Shown: positions 26,416 through 39,935 of the stretch, one piece after another
Layout: each line of letters opens with the position of its first letter
How positions within the stretch are numbered: the first letter of the stretch is position 1
Assembly (NCBI GenBank): GCA_965649765.1
Contig: OZ287750.1
Coordinates: 86,552,001-86,616,000 of the forward strand
Origin: Bispira polyomma
Taxonomy: Eukaryota
Direction of reading: 5' to 3'
DNA: 64,000 bases
Notes under the pieces: model-generated
What the model was told of the DNA's origin: nothing
The model's input: the letters and a program-made list of their open reading frames with translations, nothing else
Database searches by the model: none
Made by a program: the position numbers and the translations under genes

Positions 26416-27820
26416 AACAAAGGAGTTGTAGACCCCAAAAAGGCTGGTTTGGTGATTATAGCTGCAAATGTTTTTCTTCAAATGAGCAAAAACCGTTTTC
26501 AAGATGGCGGCCGCGGTGGCCATCTTGTTTTTTGGAATGGGCCTCCACAACAAATTTGGTGATGATACCTCAAATACTTTTACTTTAAATATCCGGAAAT
26601 GTTGACGGACTGACGGACGTCAGAGTGGATGAACTAATAAATGAACTACACATAAAAAGACATAGTAATTGTTTTGTGTCTACAAACTTATAACACACAT
26701 ATAACTAGGCATTGGACAACCGATGCATGTTTGCATCCAACAAAAGGACAAAACACCCTAGCTAGGAAGCACCCAAGCTATGGCTACCCTCGTCTGACCT
26801 TGAAGAAGGGGCCCAAGGTCAAATCTGACCACATCAAAAGATTCTCAGCCCATGATTTACCTAAAAGTTGGTTTCACATTGCAAACCAGTAGTTAAACCT
26901 GACCACATCAGAAGATTCCCAGCCCATGATTTCCTGTAGGTAGGCTTCTCATGCTAAACCTCTAGGACCAATAATAAGAGAGATATAGGCACTTTTAAGT
27001 TTAGCTACCCTCGTCTGACTTTGATGGAGGGCCCAAGGTCAAATCTGACCACATCAGAAGATTTCCTGCTCCTGATTACCTATAAGATGGTTTTATATTG
27101 CAAACCTCTAGGATTATTAAAAGCGAGTTATAAGCACTTTTAAGTTTAGCTACCCTCATTTGACCTTGATGGAGGGGCCCAATGTCAAATCTGACCACAT
27201 CAGAAGATTTCCAGCCCCTGATTACCTATAAGTTGGTTTTACATTGCAAACCTCTAGGATTATTAATAAGTGAGTTATAAGCACTTTTAAATTTAACTTC
27301 CCTCGTCTGACCTTGACGGAAGGGCCCAAGGTCAAATCTGACCAAATCAGAAGATTTCCAGCTCATTATTACCTATGAGTTGGTTTCACATTGCAAACCT
27401 CTAGGACCAATAATATGCGATATATAGGCACTTTTAAAATCCACTACTTGGGGTACTTTGGCACTTCGTGGATGACCTTGAATGAAGAGCGTCAAGGTCA
27501 AATGTATGCATGCTTGTAGAGGACGTATATATATGTTATACATATCACCTATGAAGAGATTTAACCTTCTGGTTATAAGAACCAGCAAGTAGAAAAAGGT
27601 AAATCAATTTCAAAGAAATGCCCATGGCGACCATCTTGTTTTTCAGAATAAGGCTAATTTCAGTCGCAAAGAAGCTTACCTCCCAATTAAGATATCTTGC
27701 AAATTTGGTAAAGCTAGCTGGTCTAGTGTTTTGCTGAGAGTGTTAACGGCGAAAATCCCTGTTCGGTGGGGTAGCGAACGTTGAACCAAAGTATCCACCA
27801 CATTGGTGGATACAATTAAT
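26416..27820. mobile_element. Helentron-associated non-autonomous element(s) with an internal ~146-bp tandem array
   Basis: About 5 units containing tgaccttg...caaggtcaaatctgaccacatcag (26780-27500), a short gacggactgacggacg tract, palindrome caagatggc...gccatcttg, and a 10-bp-stem hairpin gtatccacca-cat-tggtggatac (27791-27813). Confidence 0.65.
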
Positions 27821-28251
27821 AGGCCTGTTACTAATCTAAGCCAAAGTTTTATTCAACTATAGAATAGTCGGAAAACCACAAACATCACCATCCCCATTAA
27901 CACAAGAAGATGGATTAGCTATGACCACAGAAGCCACTAAAGCTCAAAAAAAAGAGTTAGTGTTGTCGAGACATCTAAAGAAAGCTACTTGCCAAATAGG
28001 TAAAGAGCTTTTTAAGTTATCATCCGGACATGCACACCCCTTTAAAAAACCTGTTATTGGTCATGTGACTTCTCTGATTGGTCGAAATGTGATGACACCA
28101 TATTGAAATTTTTTCCCAGGGCTACTGCTACTGCATACTGCTAAATTTGAAGAGAATCCGCCCAGTGGTTGCTAAAGTATAGCCACTTCTGCGGGAATTT
28201 TCTCCTGTATACAAAACAAGCGTCTCTTTCAGGACGCACTTAATACACGTA

Positions 28252-28436
28252 CAGTAGAACCTCTATTATCCGACCTTTTATTATCCAAATATTCAATTTT
28301 ACGAACTCAATTTCACTCTCCGAAACTTATCTTTTACTTTTGTTTCATAATAAATGCCACTTCTATTTTACAGACCTTCTATTATCCAAACAAATTGTCC
28401 CTTTCCTGAGATGTCCATAAAATAGAGGTTCTACAG
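28252..28436. mobile_element. Tc1/mariner (pogo/Tigger-like) MITE
   Basis: TIRs cagtagaacctctatt / aatagaggttctacag with TA on both sides. Confidence 0.8.
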
Positions 28437-29079
28437 TATATAAATAGTCAGAAAATAAATTCATTTGTTTCCAGGGGATATATTATTTTGCAAGGGGATA
28501 CAAAAATTTGGCAAGCCCCACACACTTTTTCTTGCGCTACACCGGTACACTTAGTTCAATTATAATTGTTACCAAACAAAAAAAATATTTACTGCCATCA
28601 AACCATCCATTTCTGACCCATTAAGGGTGTACCATATTTTTTTCTCAACTTGGTACAGTAAGGAATGTAAAATTTGCTCCTGTGTCTAAAAGTCTGCATA
28701 TGTGTGTGTGTGTGTGGAGGGGGCATAGGGGGTATTAGTGCTTGTCAATCAATTTTCAGCGCACAAGTCTCGGCCGATTCCTAGATTATCTTGTGGACAT
28801 CCCTCCACAGCCATTTACCATATATAAGCCCCCCCAACCCGGAGAGATGTGAATACCTCAGCAATAAGGCACAATAAAAGATTCTTAAATTATCTAGTAA
28901 AAACCATTTGATTTGCTCCAATAGTAGTATATTATTACTTTTTTAGACACACAATCTGCCAAAACAAGACAGATTTTCTGCTAATTACCCTCCCCTACAA
29001 GGAGTCAGTCAGATCATTTACTAAATATTTCCTTTTTATATCATCGAGCACATTGTAGATGCTTTTTGTGATTTTCTAC

Positions 29080-29590
29080 GCAGTGCTTTTGAAGACGTGG
29101 GAGATCTTTAGTAACAATTAACCCATTTACCACACAATAGTAAGGCAATGTTTGACTATTTTGAAAGCTTTAAGCTTCCAGTTTTGTATGGTGGTGTTAG
29201 TACTATTAGCTCTGATGCTGGCTTATATTTGTGCTAAAATGACTGTTGGGAGATATATCCATGCCGTAGGTGTTATACACTTGTCAACTTTGATTGCATC
29301 CTGAATGTCCCTGCCTTGAGTTTCAGTATACATTAAAGAATATGTGCAAAAAGTGTACAAAATATATGTAACCTATGGTGATATCTCATTTTAAAAGTCC
29401 AAAATAATGTTCACTAGTGTGTTTATCTATTACATCATTCTGGCCGTTTTTATCAAATTCCAAAGAAGGAATTCTGCTGCTATAAGGAGAACTTCTTCGC
29501 CATTAAGTTTGGTTTTACAATGCATTTAGTTTTGCTGCTTCTTATCTCTTTTACTATCTGCTTGTGTTTACTTTTGACAATACTATGTTA
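29080..29590 (+). pseudogene. Decayed paralog of the 21455 GPCR (TM2-TM6)
   Basis: Colinear nucleotide similarity to 21777-22290, with several stops and frameshifts. Confidence 0.7.
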
Positions 29591-32089
29591 CTATGTGTTG
29601 CCAGTGCAACAGGCACGGCTTTGTAAGTTGGCAGTTTGTGTAGAGTTAACGGTCAGAAATAGTTAACTTTCAAAAAACCTGGTCAACCTATAAGTTACCC
29701 GCATTATGACGTTGCTGTGACGTGAACAAAGGGGGAAATAGAAATGGCGGTATTACAGTATAAATTTTATGTGGCATGGAGTGGTTTGAGGAAACGTTAC
29801 CAGAATTAGACATAAATGAAATAAAATTCATATATTTCCAATTATACCACAGATATGACCTACATTTTGAGGATAGAATTTAATAAAATAACAGATTTTA
29901 GAATAACGGTAGTTTAGTATAAAACTCGCCAAGGTGAAATGAAGTCTTACGTTGAGAAATGGTCCAAATATATTAATATAAAGCCAAAGTTGGGGAACAG
30001 ACATCATAATAATAGTTTTTAGAGTCCAAGCTTTCCACAGATACCAAAAACGGCCGCCCAGGACGCCGGCAACCCCCTAAACACCCTTGCGTATTAATAG
30101 TGTGGATATTAATGTTTAACTTTGAAAGCACCACAACCACAATTACCAGGCATCCTCTGTGACATACATCCCAGTCAATATACAAAGGAATGGTTTGTGA
30201 TCTGAATTCAGTTGTAGCCAGCAAACAAATGTTAAGGTGGAAAAGCGAGTTGATACAGTTGTGTTTAGGTTGTTTTCAATATCGTTGTTTCTATTGGAAA
30301 TTCTTGTTAAAACTTCAGCTTTTTAACAGCTGATATCATGTGGCTTAACCTTAGAACATTACTGTTAACATCTCTGTGTTTGAACGTACACACAGTTTTA
30401 ATAAAATTCACATTTTGTTTTTAATAAAAATCATGGAAATGGAAACTGCATGCAATACTAGTACCGTGGTAAGCCTCTTAAGAGCAAGGTAGGAAGGGCA
30501 GATCTCCACATCACATTTATATTTAAAATGGCTTCAAGACAATTAATTAATACAATTCAATAAAAAGAAAAAAAAAAGCAAGAAATATGATATAAACACA
30601 CGCCAGATAAATTTCAGTTAAACACTGAAGCTTCATGCTTTCTCTGACTCTAAACATTCTTTCGTTAAACTTTGGACAATTCAGTGCCTTTCAAGGCTAA
30701 ATCAAGTTTATATTAGGACAGCCATTGTGTAGACAGCACTTTTGCATATTTTTGCTTCGAATGTTGGCTTAATTTTAAGGAGTTAGGAGTGGTTGTTGCT
30801 AAGGGTATTCCTTGTTTTGGTTAGGCAATATGCGTCAGTGAATATGTGTAAGGGATAAAAGTGATTTTCACATAACATAAATGTAACAATATGCACATAA
30901 AATGGTTCATGGATTATTTTAATAAAATTTATTAATATCAGATACAAGTATAACTGTTCACTTTCACACGTATCATTTGTGTTTTATGGGATCAAAGTTA
31001 TTTTTATGTCAAATTAATATTACAATATGCACATAAAAGGGTTCATAGATTCTTTTAGTGAAATGAAATAATTTCAGATAGAAGTATAACTATTCAGTTT
31101 TACACATCTGATTTATGTGTATAATTTTCTCATGAGGAATTATTCAAAGAATATATTAATAATAAAACGATTAAAAATTTTCAATCATTTAAGTTACAAC
31201 CCTTTTTGGCTTTCCCATTATAGCCTAGAAATTGTTCTCAAATATTTTTTAATGTTCCATAATAACTTGATGTCTTCTTGTAATTAAATGTTAGCATCCA
31301 ATCAAGAAATTAACATAAAAGGATAAAACAAATTATTATTAATGCACAGTTAATTTTCTGTTTTATAAAGCTGATAGGTACATAAGGATGTACAGTTGAT
31401 TGCCTTTGAAGTATTAATCAAAGTATTTGAAATGCAAAAGGCTTATTTTAGCTGTACACTTAATTGTAATGGCTTTTCGCTTAAATATCCTTTTTGAGGT
31501 GTTATTTTTTCATTCAAAGATACATCAAATAACTGTTAACGTAAAAGGATAAATTTCAAAAAGACTTTTGAATTATAATCAATTGCAATTTTATGAAGGA
31601 CTGACATATTTTGGTTGATATATATAAGATAAAGTGTTTTAGTTGTGTTTATTCCTGATTTAATAATAAATACCATGAATAGCCCAGTTAAAGACAATTT
31701 TAAAGAAAATTTTCAAAAAATACTACCAAAAATCAAAATTGCTTGCCAACAGACATGAGTACTACCTTTTAACAAAGTATGTTTTTAACTGGATTACAAA
31801 AGTACAGTTCACATTTAAAAGTGACATTTGCTTTCAAAAATTTGTATGTTTAATTAATATGTTACATTTCTTGAGATTATATTAAATCTATTTTAGAAGT
31901 TTGACCTTGTACAAATTTATTCCCTGTGACATTCAAATGATCATATTTGTGAAAAGCTATAACAGCACTGTGAACACATAGCTGCTATGAATTATGGGTT
32001 TAAAAATGAAGCTTAAGATCACATTTTACAAAATGATGAATATAAGGAATTGAAAATAGAAGATTAAAACAAAGATAGAACATAGATAT

Positions 32090-32280
32090 CTGTGTATTAT
32101 GCACAATGGACTTGAGTGCTGCATTTGACATCGTAGATCATGACCTTTTGCTGACAGTTCTAAAGAACAGATTTGTTCTACAAGGTGCAACATTAAACTG
32201 GATAGAGCTTTATTAATGACCACATAATATGAAGGTAACAAATTGTGAGCTACATTCAATATTCACAAATACTCCATTTA
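32090..32280 (+). mobile_element. Old L2-group RT fragment; empty site of the hAT insertion
   Basis: Translates MDLSAAFDIVDHDLLLTVLKNRFVLQGATLNWIE. Single tagatcat at 32134-32141. Confidence 0.75.
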
Positions 32281-33526
32281 AGGTTCTTGGTCACAATTTT
32301 TTCCTCATGTGCTCTGCGCATGCAGTAAATTTTGACCATTTCCTGCTATGAGACTTTCTCTTCCTCCATAACAAAACTTCATGGCTGCCTTTGGCAGCAT
32401 TTCAAGAGAAATGGTATGTATCTTTCATTATATTCTGCATATACACGAGCATGAGGTTTTTGTGTCAACATCTTTTTCTTCTCTCATTATGGCACAAAAG
32501 CCGGCTGCCTACTGAGCCATTGACAGCCTATCGTATAAAACGTGTGTACTGCACAGGATAAAATATTGTTGCCGGGACACAATGGCATTTAATAGGCAGC
32601 TCCCAATTTCACGTTTGCATTACAATTTTGATTTTTGTTTACCCCCTGCAATAAAAATGTATGTTCAGCTTTCCAAATATGGTCATGCTGCACATGAGGG
32701 AGAGTGTAACATAATCATCACACATTTATTTCAAAGCCACACGACCGTACAATTTATGAGTCCGTGTATAAGTAACCATTGCAATTTTTCTCCCACTGGA
32801 CAATTGCATGAGAGTGCATGTATTGTGAGTGCATTACGATGTTGAGGGTGTGCAGGACTTATGTTGTGGCAGGGCTTGTGTGTATTGTGTGTATCTTGTA
32901 TGTACCGTTAACGTATCGTGTTCATGCTAAATACTATTTGCTCATCAGCGCGGTTGCTGGCCAGGATCATGACATATCCTAACATATCTGACAGGAGATT
33001 AAGATAAGGAAATCTGGACTGTTCACTCTATAAGGCCCCAAAAAACTGACATTTTATTCATTATATTTTTATCTTTGATTAAGTCATGCCTCTTTAAAGA
33101 ATTGAAATTCCTTAATCTTTTGGGGATGTACAGTTAACTAGGGCTCAATTAAACCATGTATCAGTATTATCTAAGAAGATATAGGAGAAGGCCAAGGAAG
33201 AGTGTTTGGGTATGTAGCTGGCTGCTAAAAAGGTCTTAATATGGTCGACATGAGCACTTGATGGCTAAGCTGGCAATTGAGGATCAGACTGCCTTTAAAG
33301 AGTTTATGCGGCTCAATCCAACAATGTTCCACGAACTATTGCAGAACTTGGAGCACCGGATTGAGAGGTCACATACTTTCGTTCACCGGTCAATTGAACC
33401 TGGTTGTAGACTGGCCATCACCTTCAGATATCTGGTATCGGGCAATTCCGACTGTACCCTGATCTTTGGTTTCCATGTGCCCTCAAATAGTATCTCTAAA
33501 ATTGTCAGAGAAGTTTGCTGCAATAT

Positions 33527-36500
33527 ATTATTATTATTATTATAGATTTTTAACGCGCTTTATTGATGCTAGGCATCTTCTAAAGCGCAACAGCAGAATC
33601 ATTAGTCCAATCATTAAGTCCATGGAAATTGCAGAGTCGTAAGGAAGGAAGTGGGAGCGTGCACGAGGAAAGCTAAGGTGGGTAGGCAAGATTAAAAAGA
33701 TAAGTTTTAAGCTTTTTCCTAAAACCGATAAGTGTGTCAACTGATCTGAGGTCAACTGGGAGACTGTTCCATAACCGTGGAGCTGCGGTGGAGAATGCTC
33801 TGAAACCCGCCTTTCTGATTGGTCTAACCGAAGTGACAGAGAGTCTGTTGCCTCTCTTGCGGTTACTAAAGGAAAGAAGGGAGGCAAGGTAGGGTGGCTG
33901 TTGAGTGATTACAGCCTTAAAAGTGGTAACGTGAATTTTAAACAAAATTTTAAATTTAATGGGCAACCAGTGTAATTTTTTGAGGTAAGGAGTAACGTCT
34001 GTGCGACAACCCAGGCGAAAAATGACCCTACATAGGTAGTTTTGGATGGACTGGAGCTTTTTAATGTTTGACTTATTTGCTTCGCACAAGAGAGAATTGA
34101 AGTAGTCGAGGCGGCTACTTACAAGGGCATTTGCCACAATTATCGCTGTGTCCATGGACAAGTGGTTTCTGATTCTTTTGATGTCGCGTATGTGGTAATA
34201 GCAGGAGCGACAGATGTTGGCAACATGAGTATCGAACGAAAAAGCTGAATCAAAAGTGACACCCAGGTTTTTAGCATTTTCGGAAGGTAGTATGTCTTTT
34301 CCCAGCAGGGAGATGGGAAACAAAGATTTTAGGAGTTCACTGTTTTTCTTGTTTCCTATGAGGATGAATTCTGTTTTGTCAGGGTTAAGCTTTAGTTTGG
34401 AGTAGTTCATCCACGCCTGGACATCAGACAGACAGTCTGCAAGTAGGTCTATGTTAGTATCTGCGTTTTGTGGATTGAGGGAGAAATAGACTTGAGTGTT
34501 GTCTGCATACATGTGGTGTTTTATATTGTGTTTATTGATGACAGTGCTGAGAGGATGTGTATAAAGGGTGAAAAGTAGAGGACCAAGGACGGATCCCTGG
34601 GGTACTCCATATGGTAGCTTTATGGAAGATGATAGGTGATCATCTAGTTTAGTTCTTTATGCCCTAAGAGTAAGGTAGGATCTGATCCATTTAAGGACAC
34701 TGTCATTTATACTGAACCACTGCTTGAGAGTGTCGCAGAGCAGAACATGATCAATAGTGTCGAATGCAGCTGAGAGACCCAAAAGGGTGAGGGCCACTGT
34801 GTCGTTGCGGTCCAGTGCAAGATTGATATCATTGCTGATGGAAAAAAGGGCACTTTCTGTAGAGTGAAATTTTCTATAAGCAGACTGGTGGCGATTTTCA
34901 ATGTTTTGTCTATTAAGGTGGTCAGAAATTTGTTTAGCTACAGCTTTCTCGATGACTTTTGAGACGAAGCTAAGGTTTGACACCGGTCTGTAGTTTTTGA
35001 GATGGTTTTTATCAAGCCCTTGTTTTTTAATCAAGGGAGTTACATTTGCCATCTTGAAACAGGTGGGAAAAACACCATCCCAAAGAGAAAAATTTAATAT
35101 ATTTGTTATGGGTGTGACAAGAATGTCAAGACATTAACTCAGAATAACTGCTGGGATGGGATCTAAGTCACAAGATTTAATAGTAGAGGATTTGATGAGT
35201 TTCAGGACTTCAAGCTCTGACAGTGTACTAAAATGAAACAGGTTACAAACCTTATATCCTGGGGCTGGAGGATTGAAGTGATGTATTGTTGGGAAGGCGT
35301 CACGAATGTTGCTGATTTTTTCTATAAAAAATTTTCCAAATTTTTCTGCTAAAAAAGTAAGACAGTGGTTTATGGGGAGAACCTTCTCTGATGTTCGATG
35401 TAGAATTTTGTTTATGGAGGCCCATAACCTTTTGGGATTATCCTGATTTTCGGTGATGATGGAGTCGTAGTGTTGCTTTTTGGCATCAGTTATTAGCCTG
35501 TTGTAATTATTTGTGGCGATACGGTAACAGCTTCTGTCTAAGGAGGATTTTGTGCGTCACCATTGACGCTCAAGTTGGCGTTTGCGTCTTTTGGCTTCTG
35601 TAATGGCGGCATTGGTCCATTCATGGTTGTTAGTTGGGGGAAGGGTTTTTGATACCCATGGCGCATGTTTATCAAGGACAGTAGAAAGGCAGTGATTGTA
35701 TTGTAAGCTAAGGCTTTCAGCATTTTTGCATGGATGTTTGATGAGATTAGTTTCCAGGATATCGTCTGTGAATTTGTTTATATTAATTTTTCTGATGTTT
35801 CTGTATTTTATGACATGAAGTTTATATGAGGCAGGTATTGGTAAATTTAAATAGGCGAAGGTTGCTAGGTGATCTGAAATCCCATCAGTTACCCATGATT
35901 CTCTGATGAGATTTGAATTTGGTCTTGCGATTACCAGATCGAGTATGTGATTGTGGATGTGGGTTGAAGTAGAGATAAACTGTGAGAACCCAAAAGTGTC
36001 GAGGGTGTTGAAATCTTTTGTCGTAGTATTTTCTACGTCGAGCTTGATGTTGAAATCACCAAGGATGATAGCTTCAAATGGGAGAAAGTTAAGGGTCTCA
36101 AGGAATTCGGAAAACTCTTGAGTAAAACTAGTTAAAGAAGGGATGGGTGGTCTGTAAAAGGAGGAAACTAGGAATGAATGATAACCATTTGAAATTTTGC
36201 ATGAAATGTGTTCGAAAGACGAGTAGGACTGGTTTTTTAGAATTTCACAGGAAAGGGTATTTTTCACAAAAATGCCAACTCCTCCCCCGCGTTTGTGCAA
36301 CCTGGGAAACTGATGAAATTTGTAGCCCGGAGGAGTAATATCCGATAAAAAGGATGTCGTATCCCTACTGCTGAGCCACGTCTCGGAGACGGCAGCAACA
36401 TCCAGGTCCTGGGCTATGACTAAGTCGATAGCCGCAGGTGCCTTATTTCGTAAGGAACGGGCATTAAATGCACCGATCTTAAGCAAGGATGCTGGGGGGC

Positions 36501-37167
36501 CCGGATTAATGCTGACGTCCTCGCAGAGCGCAGTCAACAGAGGGATCCAGATACTGTTAACCCTGGGGTTTGGACAGCGGGTAATGTGAATTTGAAAGGC
36601 TAAAAAAGAAGTGTTCACCTTATCCAGGGAGGCTAGTAGAGATGGACCAAGTGCAAATTGGTCGAAAAAAGGTGTATTGGATGGAGAGCAGGCGTTCCAT
36701 TTATGTAATCTGACACCGGCCAGAATGATACACAGGAGAAGTGTTAAACAGAACTTCCACATCTCAGAGGTGAAGGAGCAGTAGCAAGAAAAAGAACCAA
36801 ATATAAATCACAGCTAGACAGAATCAAAATAAAAGATGTAATCTATTCTATGTAAAAACACTTGTAGTATAAAAATATGTGAACAAAGTCACATAGAGGA
36901 AAAGGAAATGCGAAAATAGCAGAAGAAAAACGAATGCGTAAAACGGGAAATGTGGGCGTTAATAACAGAAGGTTAAACAGCTAGGTGATAAATGGCAAGA
37001 AAAGCCCTATAAGACAGACAAAGTAAATATGATAAAAAGAACTGTAATTAATCAAAATATATAATGTTTTTCGCCATAACTCGAGGTACTAGTAAGAATT
37101 TTACAATTCGCGAAACGGAAATTTTAAAATGCTACTTAACTGGTGCACGCTAAACCTCCCATATGAA
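33527..37167 (-). mobile_element. Apparently full-length L2-group LINE (~3.64 kb), single APE-RT ORF with a few disruptions
   Basis: APE motifs NARSL, SETW, GGGVG, YRPP, GDFN and SDH (35557-36762). RT motifs [27 protein letters not shown] and YADN (33673-35052). (TAA)n tail at about 33527-33543. Candidate TSD caatat at 33521-33526 and 37168-37173. Confidence 0.92.
36496..36555 (-). other. 2A-like (StopGo) peptide motif upstream of the LINE endonuclease
   Basis: IWIPLLTALCEDVSINPG/P resembles the GDxExNPG/P consensus (G>E and E>S variants) and directly precedes the APE domain. Confidence 0.7.
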
Positions 37168-39632
37168 CAATATTGTGCCGAGATCTGGAAATGGCCGCAG
37201 ACACCAGACGAATAGAAAGCCATCATAGCTGAGTTTGCCTCTAGCTGGAATATTTCACATGCCCTAGGCTTAATTGACAGGAAACATGTAGCCATAAAGT
37301 GCCCTAATAATGGTGGCTCCTTATACTATAACTGTAAGGCCTTCCATTCCATTGTTTTAATGGCACTGGTAGATGCGGATTGAACATTCCTCTGGTTTGA
37401 TGTTGGTACAAATGGAGGCTGCTCCAATGCCCAGATCTTCAATACCTTCAAGCTGTAAGCTGCCATTGAAGATGAAGATGATCAACTTCCCAGCAGATGC
37501 ATCCCAACCGGGAGATGACCAGCATGTGCCCTATTTTTCAATAGCAGATGATGTATTTGCAGTCAGGAAGTGATGTGTGAAACCACACTCATGGCAGAAT
37601 CTCTTCGATGAGCAACTCATCTTCAACTACAGAATATCAGATTATCAAAGTTGGACCATGAACAAAGCCTTTGGGATATTGGTCCATAGATTTGGCTGCC
37701 TACTGACAACCATGAGACAGGAGCCAGAGACAGTAATCACCATAGTCCTGGCCTGCTGTACTCTGCACAACCTCATAAGGACCCACTACCCAGGCATCCA
37801 TAGAGGAGGGCAACTAGATGAGGACGACAATGGAAACCATCAGGTGGTTGAGAAGGCTTGGAGACAAGGGATATTATTGCCTGACAGAGGCCAACAAGAC
37901 CGAATCCGAGCTACAGAGGCAGTAAAATTGCAGAGGGACTACCTCACTGCCTGTGTCAACTCAGCCATTGGTTCAGTGCCTTAGCTGAACCACATGATCT
38001 GGTGTATGCTGCCATCTCATTGGCCCTATTAATAAAAGTCATATGAAATAATCAGCCCTTTTCAGGGCCACCCAAACCTTCGAAGAACACATATTAAAAG
38101 CTTTGTGTAATGTCTGGTTTGACATGCTTTTGGTCAAGATTTTCTTAGTGTCCTGTGATATTACCTACTTAAATTATAAAGTTGTTTTAAGTTTTTGAAA
38201 AATATGTCTGCACTGGCATGAAAATAATTTGTATCAAAAGTGACAATCACGATATAAAAATTACATTTAAATGTTACAATTACATTTCTTACTACATCTC
38301 TTCGGGCATGGTGTTCTCATGCTCAACTCCTAGGTTGACATGGGTCTTCGGCCTCTTCTTGCCGCCGCTGACAAGTGGTGGAAGGTGATCTCATCAACTT
38401 CCCCGTCCCCCACCAAGCTCTCTGGTCACTTCCAGACTGTGCTACGGAACCAGCCAGTGAATCCGGAGACGTATGAGCAGCAGCAGCAGATGCAGCGAAA
38501 GATGATAAAACAACAACAAGTTCTTTAGCTGCTTCTTCCTCCTCCTCCTCAATGATATGTAGAGGCTCTTCAACCTCTGGCTGAGCCCTCTTCTTTTTGG
38601 ACTTCACTCCTAATGAGTTTGGAGGCATCTTGAAATTCTAAAATTAATTCTAAAAGTATAAAAAAATTAAATCCTGTATTGTAATATATAATGTAGATGT
38701 TGACTACTCGATGACAATGACTGAACTGAATGAATTTCTCAAAGCATTTTATATTTTTATAGTGACACCAAAAAAGTGCTCCGATCGTGACACATAAGCA
38801 ATAAACACAGGTATGTATAACACACTAACTAGATAAACAATGAATGGTAACACTAATTAAATATTTGACTGTGATGATCTAAATGTAACTGCTGAAGCCA
38901 CGCGGTAAGTAATAAACGGGGAACACATGTGACACTAAGCAAATATCTGACCAGACTGTTTGTATAGGGATCACAATACTTGCCCTCTGAAATTCTAGGT
39001 AGGTGCTACATGTTTTAATACGTCTAAGGTAAGTATAGCATTCTCACTATGATCACAGGCTCACAGCTGGATTTTATAAAATGAAATCAAGCCACATTAT
39101 GTGAAAATTGTGTTGCACTTATGAGTTTTGAATGTTTATTGCGTATGACTGGGCAACGAGTATTGCAGAAAAAAAGTTCAAAAATTATTGTAGTTACCAT
39201 TTTTATCCAGGTCTATCCTGTCTGCGACCAGCTAATCCCCATATACGAATGAGCATCTATAGTGGGAGCTCCACATAAACCAGACATTATCAGATCCCCC
39301 TGAACGCTCAACAGTACCTAAATTCAGGACATGTTTTTTTTTGTGGACATATCTCCACCTAATTGTTTCAACTGTTGCTGTATTTGCAAGTTCACTTGTG
39401 CAACAAAACGTTCTTCACTATTTATGTTATTGTCCGCCTGAGAAAGGTTACTGTCCACGAATTTACACTTTTATGTAAAGCTATCTGTAATACAAATATA
39501 GCACAGTACTTTTCTACATCTGCATGTTACCATACTTGTATCTAAATGACACGTACTTAGACATCGTCTGAATAGAGCACTGCACTCATTTGTACATTCA
39601 GTTGTATACTCTGAGAAATGTCATAGTGTACA

Positions 39633-39935
39633 GTGGTCTCTGCGGCCTAGCAGTTAGATTGTTAGACTTTATATCTGAGGGTCCTGGTTTGATCCTCGCT
39701 GCAGGCCGGAGATTGTATCCTTGGACAAGGTACTTCACACAAAATTGTCCCTCTGTACCCAGGTGTATGAATGGGTACCTGGCCGCTAATGGGTGTTAGT
39801 CTTTGTTCGCTGTAAGGCTGGTATGCTTCCTGAGGGAGCTAAGACTGAACAATTAGTTGACAAGTGAAAGAACCCATGCTGGGGTATAAACTGTGGAGTG
39901 AAATAAGACCTTAATAGAGATGTTATTAGGCTATA
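39633..39935 (+). mobile_element. SINE family 1, uninterrupted copy with a CORE-like central domain
   Basis: tRNA-like head, then tgtatccttggacaaggtacttcac...acccaggtgtatgaatgggtacc, which resembles CORE-SINE bodies. Followed by (CA)n. Confidence 0.75.

Larger units (their letters stand above)
28875..32290. repeat. Segmental duplication, paralog of 47105-48973 plus 55356-55480
   Basis: Long colinear similarity, for example ttatctagtaaaa.ccatttgatttgctc, attaccaggcatcctctgtgacatacatcccagtc and ctgctatgaattatgggtt, with copy-specific indels. Confidence 0.9.
32281..38640 (+). mobile_element. PIF/Harbinger DNA transposon, decayed and split by a LINE insertion
   Basis: Transposase N-part at about 33170-33526 (WVCSWL, FKEFMRL, RLAITFRYLVSG, SISKIVREVC). 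C-part at 37174-37984 (IDRKHVAIKCP, YYNCKAFHSIVLMA, IADDVFA, IFNYRIS, AFGILVHRF, ACCTLHNLI). A convergent ORF remnant at 38323-38628 (-) sits where the Myb/SANT partner normally lies. The left boundary is inferred from loss of paralogy; the right boundary is uncertain. Confidence 0.8.

Noticed and set aside
33258-37984. Domesticated HARBI1 host gene
   Set aside because: Multiple stops, frameshifts and a LINE insertion indicate a dead transposon.
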